DNA from: Candidatus Aminicenantales bacterium
GTDB taxonomy: Bacteria; Acidobacteriota; Aminicenantia; Aminicenantales; Saccharicenantaceae
Assembly (NCBI GenBank): GCA_049512315.1
Contig: JBEKXF010000009.1
Coordinates: forward strand, 1 to 64,000
Direction of reading: 5' to 3'
Length of the DNA: 64,000 bases
The notes beneath the pieces are model-generated. The model made no database searches. It worked only from the letters and a program-made list of their open reading frames with translations, and was not told the origin of the DNA. Positions within the stretch are counted from its first letter, which is position 1, and every line of letters starts with the position of its first letter. Position numbers and translations under genes: made by a program. Below are positions 9,016 through 18,081 of the stretch, one piece after another.

Positions 9016-9858
9016 GGCCCAGCTCAGCTTTTCCTTGACCAGGTCGTAATAGCTCCGCCGGGGCGAGGTTACGAGCTGGAGCTCGACCGGCGCTCTCCGG
9101 ACGACGAGGACATCGTTCCGGTCGAGGACGCCGCCCCGCTGGCCGTCGAGTGTCAAGTAGACTTCCTCGCCGCCGGTCAGGAGCTTGATCCGGACCTCGG
9201 AGCCGGACGGGATGATCAGAGGCCGGAAAGTCAGGGTATGGGGGCAGATGGGCGTCAGCACGGCCGCCGCGACCTGCGGGTGGATGATCGGCCCTCCGGC
9301 CGAGAGCGAATAGGCCGTCGACCCCGTGGGGGTGGAGACGATCAGGCCGTCGGCCTTGAGCGCCGCGACATCCTTCCCATCGATGAGGATTGTGAACTCG
9401 ATCATCCGGGCCACCGCCCCTTTGGTAATGACAACATCGTTTAAGCAGTAGGCGGCGCCGGCCTCGGTCGTGACTTCAAGGAGCGACCGCGGACTGATGA
9501 TATCCTGGGCGCCAGCCAGGAGGGCGTCCAGGGTCAGGAAGGCCTCGCTGACGGGGATCTCGGTCAGGAATCCGAGACGGCCGAGGTTGACCCCCATGAC
9601 GGGGACGCCGGCCTGGGCGGCACGGAAGGCGACGCTGAGCAGCGTTCCGTCGCCGCCGAGGACGACGACGAGATCCGAAGCGCCGGGGACGTCCGACCGC
9701 GGGAGGCCGGCGGGCCGCCCGATCTTCCGGGCGGCGACGTCCTCGAGGACGCAGTCGATGCTCCGTCCGCCGAAATAGTCGATGATGCTCTTCAGAAGCT
9801 CCTCGACCTGAGCCGCGTGCGGTTTGATGACGATGCCGGCTTTCTTAATGGTCTTCAT
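9010..9858 (-). CDS. nadK: NAD(+) kinase
   Basis: GGDGT, GRLGFL, ADGLIVSTPTGSTAYSLSAGGP. Confidence 0.96.
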   Translation of the reverse strand: MKTIKKAGIVIKPHAAQVEELLKSIIDYFGGRSIDCVLEDVAARKIGRPAGLPRSDVPGASDLVVVLGGDGTLLSVAFRAAQAGVPVMGVNLGRLGFLTEIPVSEAFLTLDALLAGAQDIISPRSLLEVTTEAGAAYCLNDVVITKGAVARMIEFTILIDGKDVAALKADGLIVSTPTGSTAYSLSAGGPIIHPQVAAAVLTPICPHTLTFRPLIIPSGSEVRIKLLTGGEEVYLTLDGQRGGVLDRNDVLVVRRAPVELQLVTSPRRSYYDLVKEKLSWAE

Positions 9859-10633
9859 AGCTGACGGCCTCCTTGATCCAGATCTCCGCTGCATCCCCGC
9901 CCGGGTCCGCTCCGCCTCGGATCCAGGAGCCGAAAAACTCCACGTTGCCCTTCTGGCCGCGGGTCGACGAGCGGATGAGCCCCCGGAGCCCGAAACCGAG
10001 CTCCCGGGCCCCGCGGACGACGCGGCCCAGGACCTGCTCGTGGACGGCCGGGTCCCGGACGATCCCCTTTTTCCCGACCTCGTTCCGCCCTGCCTCGAAC
10101 TGCGGTTTGACCAGGGCCAGGAGGAGCCAGGCTCCGGGGAACTCCTTCAGGGCGGCCAGGACCTTGAGCAGGGAGATGAAGGAGACATCCACGGTGACGA
10201 GGTCCGGGGGCTCGCCGAGGTCGCCGGGCTCGAGGTAGCGGGCGTTCTTCTCGATCCGGACGACCCGCGGGTCTCCCCGTAATTTCCAGTCGAGCTGCTT
10301 CGTGTCCACGTCCACCGCGTAAACCCTTCTCGCCCCGCGCTGGAGAAGGCAGTCCGTGAAGCCGCCGGTCGAGGAGCCGACATCGACGGCGATCTTGCCT
10401 CCGACGTCCACGGCGAACCGGTCGAGGGCCTCGGCCAGCTTTAGGCCGCCACGGCTGACGAAGGGGAGCGTGCCCTTGATCGAGAGGTCCCTTTCCGCGT
10501 CGATGAGGCACCCCGGCTTGAGGATCGTCGTCTCCCCGGAAAAGACGAGCCCGGCCATGATCATGGCCTGGGCCTTTTCCTGGCTCGGCGCGAGCCCCCG
10601 CGTGACCAACAGCTTGTCGGCGCGCTCTTTCAT
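9845..10633 (-). CDS. tlyA: TlyA-family rRNA 2'-O-methyltransferase
   Basis: S4 domain, VSRGGLKL, DVGSSTGGFTD, DVSFISL, LVKPQFE, GNVEF. Confidence 0.95.
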   Translation of the reverse strand: MKERADKLLVTRGLAPSQEKAQAMIMAGLVFSGETTILKPGCLIDAERDLSIKGTLPFVSRGGLKLAEALDRFAVDVGGKIAVDVGSSTGGFTDCLLQRGARRVYAVDVDTKQLDWKLRGDPRVVRIEKNARYLEPGDLGEPPDLVTVDVSFISLLKVLAALKEFPGAWLLLALVKPQFEAGRNEVGKKGIVRDPAVHEQVLGRVVRGARELGFGLRGLIRSSTRGQKGNVEFFGSWIRGGADPGGDAAEIWIKEAVSYEDH

Positions 10634-12513
10634 GACGGCGAGGCGTAAAAAGACCTGATCTTTTCCACGAGCCCGGCCGCGTCCAGGCCGCAGGCCCGGC
10701 GGATCTCTTCAACCTTGCCCAGGGGATAAGCTTCGATGGGAAGTCCGATGGCCAGGAACCGCAGGCCGAAGCGTCTTTCCCGGTCGAGGAGCTCGCGGAC
10801 GGCGCTCCCCAGGCCGCCGGCGAGGACTCCTTCCTCGGCCGTGATGACGGTCCGGCCCGGCTGGGCGTAGCGGAGGATGAGCTCCTTATCCAGAGGCTTG
10901 GCGAAGCGGGCGTTCACGACGGCCAGCGAGATCCCGGCCTTTTCCAGCTCGCGAGCAGCTTCGAGGGCCGGTGGGACCATGCTCCCGAAGGCGAAAAGGA
11001 GGTCCCGGCCTTCCTTGAGGGTCTCCGCGCAGCCCAGCGGGATCTGCATGAAATCCGGGGTCCGCTCGACCCCCGGGCCGGCCCCTTTCGGAAAGCGGAT
11101 GGCGGCCGGGTGGCCGTAGGACAGGGCGGACCAGAGCATGTTCTGGAGCTCGTTCTCGTCCTTGGGCGCCATGACGATGATGTTGGGCATGTGCCTGAGG
11201 TAGACGATATCGTTGACGCCCTGGTGGGTCGGCCCGTCGTCCGGGACGATCCCCGCCCTGTCCAGGGCGAAGATGACGGGGAGGTCCATCAGACAGATAT
11301 CGTGATAGACCTGGTCGTAGGCCCTCTGGAGAAACGTCGAATAGATGGCCACGACCGGCTTGAACCCGGAAATAGCCAGCCCCGCGGCGAAGGTGACGGC
11401 GTGCTGTTCGGCGATCCCCACGTCGAAGAACCGGTCTGGGTACCTTTCGGCGAACCGGCCGAGGCCCGTCCCCTCGCCCATCGCCGCCGTGATGGACAGG
11501 ACCTTCCCGTCCTTCCGAGCGATCTTGACCATGGTTTCGCCGAAGACCGAGGAGAACGAGGGCGCGTGCCCGGGACCGTTGTTCTTCGGCGTGCCCGTCG
11601 CGATCTCGAACGGCCCGGCGCCGTGGAATTTTTCCGGGTCCGTCCGGGCCGGCTGGTATCCCCGACCTTTTTGCGTCACGCATTGGATGAGGATGGGGCC
11701 GTCGTACTTTTTGGCCAGCTCGAAAGCCTCGATGAGGGACCGGATGCTGTGTCCCTCGATCGGGCCGACATACTTGATGCCGAGCTCCTCGAAAACGAGC
11801 CCGGGGAAAATGGTCTTCTTGATGAGCTCTTCCAGAGCATGGCCGGCCTGGATCATGGGCCAGCCGACGACGGGGATGGCCTTGAGGAAGGATTTCGCCT
11901 GGTCCTTGAGCCGGATGAAATGCTGGCCGGAGACGAGGTAGGACAGGTATTTGGACCAGGCCCCGACGTTGGGCGAGATCGACATCTCATTGTAGTTGAG
12001 GACGATGATCAGCCGCTCCCGGAGGTGGCCGATCTGGTTCAGGGCCTCCAGGGCCACGCCGCCCGTGAGGCTGCCGTCCCCGATGACGGCGATGACGTGG
12101 AAGTCCTCTTTTTTCTTGTCCCGGCCGACGGCCATGCCGAGCGCCGCGGACAGGGCCGTCGAGGCGTGCCCCGTGTTGTAGGCGTCGTGCTCGCTCTCCT
12201 CGCGACAGGGAAAGCCGAGGATCCCGCCGCTCCGGCGGAGCCCGGCAAATCTCTCCCTCCGCCCGGTCAGGATCTTGTGCGTGTAGCACTGGTGGCCAAC
12301 ATCCCAGATGATCTTGTCCCGGGGGGAATCGAAGACATAATGGAGGGCCAGGGTCAGCTCGACGACGCCGAGGTTCGACCCGAGATGGCCGCCGTTCTTG
12401 GAGACCGTTTCCAGGATGAGAGCCCGGATCTCCGTAGCCATACCGGAAAGCTCCTGGATGGAGAGCTTCTTGAGGTCGGCGGGGCTTTTGATCGAATCCA
12501 GCTTCTTGGTCAT
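10630..12513 (-). CDS. dxs: 1-deoxy-D-xylulose-5-phosphate synthase
   Basis: GGHLGSNLGVVEL, WDVGHQ, GDG TPP motif, DVGIAEQHA, DGPTHQG. Confidence 0.97.
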   Translation of the reverse strand: MTKKLDSIKSPADLKKLSIQELSGMATEIRALILETVSKNGGHLGSNLGVVELTLALHYVFDSPRDKIIWDVGHQCYTHKILTGRRERFAGLRRSGGILGFPCREESEHDAYNTGHASTALSAALGMAVGRDKKKEDFHVIAVIGDGSLTGGVALEALNQIGHLRERLIIVLNYNEMSISPNVGAWSKYLSYLVSGQHFIRLKDQAKSFLKAIPVVGWPMIQAGHALEELIKKTIFPGLVFEELGIKYVGPIEGHSIRSLIEAFELAKKYDGPILIQCVTQKGRGYQPARTDPEKFHGAGPFEIATGTPKNNGPGHAPSFSSVFGETMVKIARKDGKVLSITAAMGEGTGLGRFAERYPDRFFDVGIAEQHAVTFAAGLAISGFKPVVAIYSTFLQRAYDQVYHDICLMDLPVIFALDRAGIVPDDGPTHQGVNDIVYLRHMPNIIVMAPKDENELQNMLWSALSYGHPAAIRFPKGAGPGVERTPDFMQIPLGCAETLKEGRDLLFAFGSMVPPALEAARELEKAGISLAVVNARFAKPLDKELILRYAQPGRTVITAEEGVLAGGLGSAVRELLDRERRFGLRFLAIGLPIEAYPLGKVEEIRRACGLDAAGLVEKIRSFYASPS

Positions 12514-13364
12514 GCTGACATCCCGCGCCCGGGGCTCAGCGTTCCGGCCAGATGCCGGAGCTCCGCGGAGGCGATCTTTCCCTTGTCCAGGGCGGCCAGG
12601 GCGCCTGCTACGCACTCCTCCAGGCGGGCCCGGGCGCCCTCGCGGCCGAAAACAGCCACGGCGTCGAGCCCTGACGGCGACCCCGACCGCCCGGAATCGG
12701 CCAGGTCATCACGGAGCTGGAAAGCCAGCCCCAGCGCGGTCCCGTAGTCTCCGATCGCGGCCAGGACCGGCGCCGGAGCACCGGCGAGAACCGCCCCGAC
12801 GTTGGCCGCAGCCTTGATGAGCTCGCCCGTCTTTTTCCCGATCATGTCGATGAAGGCGTCCGCGTCCGCATCCTCACGCCTCAAGCTGATATCCAGCCAC
12901 TGGCCCTTGATCATCCCCCCGATACCGGACGCGGACGCGATCTCCCTGAGGGCCCGGTCTTTTCTTTCCATGTGTCCCTGAAGCGAGGGCGCCCCGGCGA
13001 TCACCTCGAACGCGAGGGACAGGAGGCCATCGCCCGCCAGCAAGGCCAGCCCCTCGCCGAAGGCCTTGTGGCAGGAGGGCCGGCCGCGGCGGAGATCGTC
13101 GTTGTCCATGGCGGGCAGGTCGTCATGGACTAGGGAGTAGTTGTGGATGAGCTCGACGGCGCAGGCATAAGGCAGGAGGGCCGGCCGCGAAGCGCCGAAC
13201 GCTTCGCCGGCGGCCAGGAGGACGAGCGGCCGGAACCGCTTGCCCCCGCCCAGGACGGCATAGCGCATGGCCTCCAGGAGCCGGGAGCCGTCGGCCGCGA
13301 GGAGCCGGTCGAGCTCCGCGTCCACGGCCTTTCGCATGTCGTCGAGATCGTTCCGGACGTCCAC
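12510..13364 (-). CDS. ispA: polyprenyl (farnesyl/geranylgeranyl) diphosphate synthase
   Basis: GGKRFRP, HDDLPAMDNDDLRRG, GQ.LD, KT, FQ..DD; position between xseB and dxs. Start (GTG 13364 or 13385) is uncertain. Confidence 0.88.
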   Translation of the reverse strand: MDVRNDLDDMRKAVDAELDRLLAADGSRLLEAMRYAVLGGGKRFRPLVLLAAGEAFGASRPALLPYACAVELIHNYSLVHDDLPAMDNDDLRRGRPSCHKAFGEGLALLAGDGLLSLAFEVIAGAPSLQGHMERKDRALREIASASGIGGMIKGQWLDISLRREDADADAFIDMIGKKTGELIKAAANVGAVLAGAPAPVLAAIGDYGTALGLAFQLRDDLADSGRSGSPSGLDAVAVFGREGARARLEECVAGALAALDKGKIASAELRHLAGTLSPGRGMSA

Positions 13365-13381
13365 GTCGTCTCCTGCTCTCC

Positions 13382-13639
13382 TCACGCCTTCTCGTCCGTC
13401 CCGTCCTCCTCGGCCCGGCCGGACTCGAAATCCTCGGCTTTCATCCCGCCCTTCTCGTCCTTGAGCAGGATCTCGACCTTCCGCTCGGCCTTGTCCAGCT
13501 CCCCCCGGAGGAACCGGGTGAGCTTGACGCCCTTTTCGAAAAGGGCCAGGGAGTCGTTGAGCGAGACCCCTTCCTTTTCCAGCTTGGCGACGATCTGTTC
13601 GAGCTCCGCCAGCGCTTTTTCAAAGGTCATGTTCGTCAT
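13382..13639 (-). CDS. xseB: exodeoxyribonuclease VII small subunit
   Basis: TFEKALAELEQIV..LE....L...LALFEKG. Confidence 0.93.
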   Translation of the reverse strand: MTNMTFEKALAELEQIVAKLEKEGVSLNDSLALFEKGVKLTRFLRGELDKAERKVEILLKDEKGGMKAEDFESGRAEEDGTDEKA

Positions 13640-14967
13640 GAGCTCTCCTTCAGGAAACGCGATTCCAGGAGCTTCTTCCTGTCCACGCTCCGGACCCGGG
13701 CCTCGAACTCCCCCCTGTAAAAGGACACGATGACCGCGTCCTCTTCCGCGACCTCGTCGATCTTATGGACGAGGCGCAGCCCGCCGTCCTTCCAGCAGAG
13801 GGCGTAGCCCTTTTTGAGGATGTTGAGGGGGCTCAGGTTGTGGAGATTGGTCGAGAGCCTCTCCCAGGCGGCCCGACGGTCACGCAGGTTCCGGACAAAG
13901 AGGTATTTCAAGCGCTCGGACGAGAGCGCGACCGAACTCTTCTTCTCTGCGAGCCCTCGGCGCTTGGTCTGGACGACGTTCCGGGCCTTCGTGTCCAGGT
14001 CATCCACGCGATGGATGAGCTCCTTCAGCCCGAGCCGAAAATTCTCGAAGATCCGGTGGCGCGCGAGGTCGTCCACTTCATATTTCCGCTCCCGGAGGGA
14101 GCTCTTGACGAGCTCACCTAGTCTCTGGGACATGGTCTTGATCCGTTCCTCGAAGGCTTCCTCTTTCTCGATCACGATTTCAGCCGCCGCGGAAGGCGTG
14201 GGGGCCCGGACATCGGCCACGAAATCGGCGATCGTGTAATCGACCTCGTGCCCGACGGCGGAGATGACGGGCTTCGGCGAGCGGAAGATGGCCCTGGCCA
14301 CGGCTTCCTCGTTGAAGGCCCACAGGTCTTCGATCGAGCCGCCGCCCCGGCCGACGATGATGACGTCGACCGCCGGGAGCGTCCCCAGATAATCGAGCCC
14401 TTCGGCGATCTCGCGGGCCGCCCCCTCGCCCTGGACCTTGACCGGGTAGATGAGGATCCGGAGCCGGGCGTAGCGTCGCTCCAGGACCCGGAGGATGTCG
14501 CGGATCGCGGCGCCTGTGGACGAGGTGACGACGCCGATCGTCTGCGGCCTCAGGGGAAGCTTTTTCTTCCGCTCGGGGTCGAACAGCCCCTCGGCCTTGA
14601 GCTTCTCCTTGAGCTGCTCGAAGGCCAGCTGCAGGGCGCCTTTCCCCTTGGGCTCGACCAGGTCGACGGAGAGCTGGTAATCTCCCCGGGCCGCATAGAC
14701 CGTGACCTTGCCCTTGCAGACGACCTTCAGCCCGGTCTTCATCTCGAACGGGACTTTGAGGGCTTCGCTCTTCCACAGGACGGCCTTGAGAATGCTTTTC
14801 TCGTCCTTGAGGGAAAAATAAACGTGCCCGGAGGCCGCCCTCGTGTAACCGGAGATCTCGCCCTCGACCCAGACCTGGGGGAAAGCGACCTCGAGGGCCG
14901 CCTTGACGATCTCGGTGAGCTGCGAGACCGTGTAGACCAGATCGGGTTTCACCAGGCCTTCATTCAT
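13636..14967 (-). CDS. xseA: exodeoxyribonuclease VII large subunit
   Basis: VWVEGEIS, SGHVYFSLKD, RGGGSIEDLWAFN, SAVGHEVD, APTPSAAAE. Confidence 0.96.
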   Translation of the reverse strand: MNEGLVKPDLVYTVSQLTEIVKAALEVAFPQVWVEGEISGYTRAASGHVYFSLKDEKSILKAVLWKSEALKVPFEMKTGLKVVCKGKVTVYAARGDYQLSVDLVEPKGKGALQLAFEQLKEKLKAEGLFDPERKKKLPLRPQTIGVVTSSTGAAIRDILRVLERRYARLRILIYPVKVQGEGAAREIAEGLDYLGTLPAVDVIIVGRGGGSIEDLWAFNEEAVARAIFRSPKPVISAVGHEVDYTIADFVADVRAPTPSAAAEIVIEKEEAFEERIKTMSQRLGELVKSSLRERKYEVDDLARHRIFENFRLGLKELIHRVDDLDTKARNVVQTKRRGLAEKKSSVALSSERLKYLFVRNLRDRRAAWERLSTNLHNLSPLNILKKGYALCWKDGGLRLVHKIDEVAEEDAVIVSFYRGEFEARVRSVDRKKLLESRFLKESS

Positions 14968-15763
14968 TGGGACCGTCCTCCGCCAAAACCTCCCTTTTGA
15001 TCGAGAGGGCTTTTCCCGTCCGGGGGTCGATCTCGACAAAGACGCAGGAGAGGAACAGGCCGTCCCGGGACGGCTCGAAGCGTTGCGGCCTCGAGGTCAG
15101 GAACCTCTGGATGGCCTGCTCCTTGGAGATCCCGATCACGGCGTTTCGCCCCCCGACCATGCCCACGTCGCTGATGTAGGCCGTTCCCTTCGGCAGGATC
15201 CGCTCGTCGGCCGTCGGGACGTGAGTGTGGGTCCCGATGACGGCCGAGACGCGGCCGTCGAGATACCAGCCCAGGGCCTGCTTCTCGGAGGTGGCCTCGG
15301 CGTGGATGTCGATGATGATGATAGGCGTTTCCGCGGCCAGGACCGCGACCTCCTCGTCGGCCCGCCGGAAGGGGCACTCCAGCGGTTCCATGAACACCCG
15401 CCCCTGGAGGCTGAGGACCGCCGCCTTGACCCCGTCGCCGTGCTGGAAGACATAGGAGAAATGGCCGGGGTTGACGGCCGGATAGTTGGCGGGCCGGAGG
15501 AGCCGGGGTTCCCGGCCGAGATAGGGCAGGGCTTCCTTCTTGTCCCAGATGTGGTTGCCGGAGGTCAGGACGTCGACCTGGAGGAAGAGCTCCTTCCCGA
15601 TCTCCTCGGTGATGCCGCTGCCGCCGGCGGCGTTCTCGCCGTTCGCGACGATCATGGACGGGGCGTGCTTCTTGACCAGGCCCGGCAGGAATTTGTCCAT
15701 GGCCCGCCGGCCCGTCCGGCCGATGACGTCGCCGAGGAACAGGACCCCGAACTTATCTGGCAT
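14960..15763 (-). CDS. ymdB: YmdB-family (TIGR00282) metallophosphoesterase
   Basis: [34 protein letters not shown]; downstream of rny. Confidence 0.92.
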   Translation of the reverse strand: MPDKFGVLFLGDVIGRTGRRAMDKFLPGLVKKHAPSMIVANGENAAGGSGITEEIGKELFLQVDVLTSGNHIWDKKEALPYLGREPRLLRPANYPAVNPGHFSYVFQHGDGVKAAVLSLQGRVFMEPLECPFRRADEEVAVLAAETPIIIIDIHAEATSEKQALGWYLDGRVSAVIGTHTHVPTADERILPKGTAYISDVGMVGGRNAVIGISKEQAIQRFLTSRPQRFEPSRDGLFLSCVFVEIDPRTGKALSIKREVLAEDGPNE

Positions 15764-17321
15764 ATTCCACGGCCCTCATCTCCCGGATGACAGTGACCTT
15801 GATCTGCCCGGGGTAGTCAAGCTCGTTCTTGATCCTGGCCGCGATCTCCTTGGCGGCCAGGGCGGCCCGGTCGTCGGAGACCTTCTGGCTCTCGACGATG
15901 ATCCGGATCTCCCGGCCGGCCTGGAGGGCGAAGGCCTTGGAGACGCCCTCGAAGGACGTGGCGATCTCCTCCAGCTTCTCGAGCCGCTGGATGTAGGTCT
16001 CGAGGAGCTCCCGCCGGGCCCCGGGCCTCGCGGCCGAGAGCGTGTCGGCGGCCTGGACGAGGACGGCCTCGATCGAGGGGAAGTCCACGTCCCTGTGGTG
16101 GGAGGCGATGGCCTGGACGACCTTCTCGGTCTCCCCGTATTTCTTCGTCAGCTCGACGCTGAGCTGGGTGTGGGTCCCCTCGACGTCCCTATCCACGGCC
16201 TTCCCGATATCGTGGAGGAGCCCCGCCCGGAGAGCGACGTTGACGTCGGCGCCGATCTCGCGGGCCATCATGGCCGCCAGCATGGCCACTTCCTTGGAGT
16301 GCTGGAGGACGTTCTGCCCGTAGCTCGTCCGATATTTCAGCTTGCCGAGGAGCTTGATGAGCTCCGGGTGGACGTCGCGGACCTTAAGCTCGAGGACCGC
16401 CGACTCGCCCTCCTGCTTGATCTTCAGCTCGAGGTCGTTCTTCACGGACTCGACGATGTCCTCGATCCGGGCCGGGTGGATCCGGCCGTCGGTCACGAGC
16501 TTCTGGATGGAGAGGCGGGCCAGCTCCCGGCGGACGGGGTCGAAGCTCGACAGGATGACGGCCTCGGGCGTGTCGTCGACGATGATGTCGACGCCCGTGG
16601 CCATCTCCAGGGCCCGAATGTTGCGGCCCTCGCGGCCGATGATCCGGCCCTTCATGTCCTCGGACGGCAGGTCGACGACTGACACCGTCGACTCCACGAC
16701 ATGTTCGGCGGCGGACCTCTGGATGGCGTTGGAGATGATCTCCCGGGCCAGCACGGCGGCCTTCTCCCGTGTCTCCTCTTCGATCTTCCGGACGGTGCCG
16801 ATGGCTTCGAGCTTGGCTTCGTCCTCGATCCGCTTGATGAGCTGGGCCTTGGCCTCTTCCTGGGTCAGGCCCGAGATGCGCTCGAGCTCCTCCAGGGCCT
16901 TGGTTTGGATCTCGGTGGCCTTCCGCTCGAGCGTCTCGATGTCCTTCTCTTTCTGGACGAGCCGGTTCTCTTTCTGGGAGAAGTCCCGCTCCTTATGCTC
17001 GAGGGACTGGAACCGCCGCTCCAGGTTCTCCTCTTTGTTGACGAGCCGGCGCTCGGTCTCGTTGATCTTCCTCTGCTTCTCCCTGTTGTGGGCTTCGAAC
17101 TCCGCCTGCCGGCTCAGGTCCTTCTCCCGGGCCTCGATGGCGGCCTCGCGCTTGATCTTCTCTCCGTCCTCTTTGGCCCGGGCCAGGATGGTCTGGGCCT
17201 CCTCCTGCGCGTTCTGGATATGAAGGGCACTCTTCTTCCGCTTGCCCAATAGGACGATCATCACCACCACGAGAATGACGATGGCGGCGATCGATGCGTA
17301 ATTTAACGGATTCATGGTCAC
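15753..17321 (-). CDS. rny: ribonuclease Y
   Basis: N-terminal TM helix, coiled coil, KH domain ([14 protein letters not shown]), HD domain (LLHDIGK). Confidence 0.97.
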   Translation of the reverse strand: MTMNPLNYASIAAIVILVVVMIVLLGKRKKSALHIQNAQEEAQTILARAKEDGEKIKREAAIEAREKDLSRQAEFEAHNREKQRKINETERRLVNKEENLERRFQSLEHKERDFSQKENRLVQKEKDIETLERKATEIQTKALEELERISGLTQEEAKAQLIKRIEDEAKLEAIGTVRKIEEETREKAAVLAREIISNAIQRSAAEHVVESTVSVVDLPSEDMKGRIIGREGRNIRALEMATGVDIIVDDTPEAVILSSFDPVRRELARLSIQKLVTDGRIHPARIEDIVESVKNDLELKIKQEGESAVLELKVRDVHPELIKLLGKLKYRTSYGQNVLQHSKEVAMLAAMMAREIGADVNVALRAGLLHDIGKAVDRDVEGTHTQLSVELTKKYGETEKVVQAIASHHRDVDFPSIEAVLVQAADTLSAARPGARRELLETYIQRLEKLEEIATSFEGVSKAFALQAGREIRIIVESQKVSDDRAALAAKEIAARIKNELDYPGQIKVTVIREMRAVEYAR

Positions 17322-17330
17322 GTGAGATAC

Positions 17331-17520
17331 CTCCTTCTCAAATGGACAGAAGGAGACGAGGTCAAAGACAGGAGGTCGTCAGAGGTCCATCTGGAGGGGG
17401 TGGCCCCTCAGGAAGAGAGAGCGGCTCCCGTCCCGCGCCCGGAAAGCGCAGGGGGCCGGCCGTCCGGCCGGTTGCTCCCGCCCGGCGGCCGGGTCAGGAG
17501 GGAACTTTTTCCAGGTCCTT
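17331..17520 (-). other. structured intergenic segment between zapA and rny (possible 6S-like ncRNA or rny leader)
   Basis: Several GC-rich hairpins and an anti-SD stem; 6S RNA commonly lies directly downstream of zapA, but no canonical 6S rod could be confirmed by eye. Confidence 0.35.
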
Positions 17521-17823
17521 TTATGTTTTTTCATCTTCGAAAAGATGAACCTCCAAGTGTTCGATCTCGGTCTCCATATGGCCAATGGCTTCGTTGAGTT
17601 GATCCAGCTTCTTCTGGCTCAGGAACAGCTCGTCCGCGATGTTCAGGGCCGCGAGCACGGCGATCTTGGACTGGTCCGCGGACTTGGATTTCACTGCCAC
17701 TTCGTGCATCTTCTGATCAACGTAGGAAGTCAGGTGGCCGATGTATTTTTCATCCTCTTCTCCTTTGACTCGGATCTTGTAGCGCTGTTCGAAGATTTCG
17801 ATCTCGAGAATCTTGTCGATCAT
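17521..17823 (-). CDS. zapA: cell division protein ZapA
   Basis: IEIF...Y.I, YVD.KM, AVLAALNIADEL. Confidence 0.92.
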   Translation of the reverse strand: MIDKILEIEIFEQRYKIRVKGEEDEKYIGHLTSYVDQKMHEVAVKSKSADQSKIAVLAALNIADELFLSQKKLDQLNEAIGHMETEIEHLEVHLFEDEKT

Positions 17824-18080
17824 AGCCCCAGCTGGTCGATCTGATTGATGATCGCCTCGATCTTTCCCTTGATGACGTCCCGATCGCCATCGAACTTCTT
17901 CACTTCCTCGTCCAGCCTGGCGATCTTACGGTTCTGCTCGTCGAATTCCTTCTTCTCGGTCCGGAGCTCCTTGAGCTGCTGCTTGAGCTTATCGTTCTCG
18001 GTCGTGAGCTTATGGACGTAGTCGACGACCTGACCGATCTTCCCTTCAAGTATTTTAATTCGCTCGAGTTCGGTTGTCAA
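17820..18080 (-). CDS. ZapB-like coiled-coil protein
   Basis: Entirely coiled-coil (LEGKI...ENDKLK...IKGKIEAII); between pheT and zapA; TTG start with RBS. Confidence 0.7.
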   Translation of the reverse strand: MTTELERIKILEGKIGQVVDYVHKLTTENDKLKQQLKELRTEKKEFDEQNRKIARLDEEVKKFDGDRDVIKGKIEAIINQIDQLGL

Positions 18081-18081
18081 T

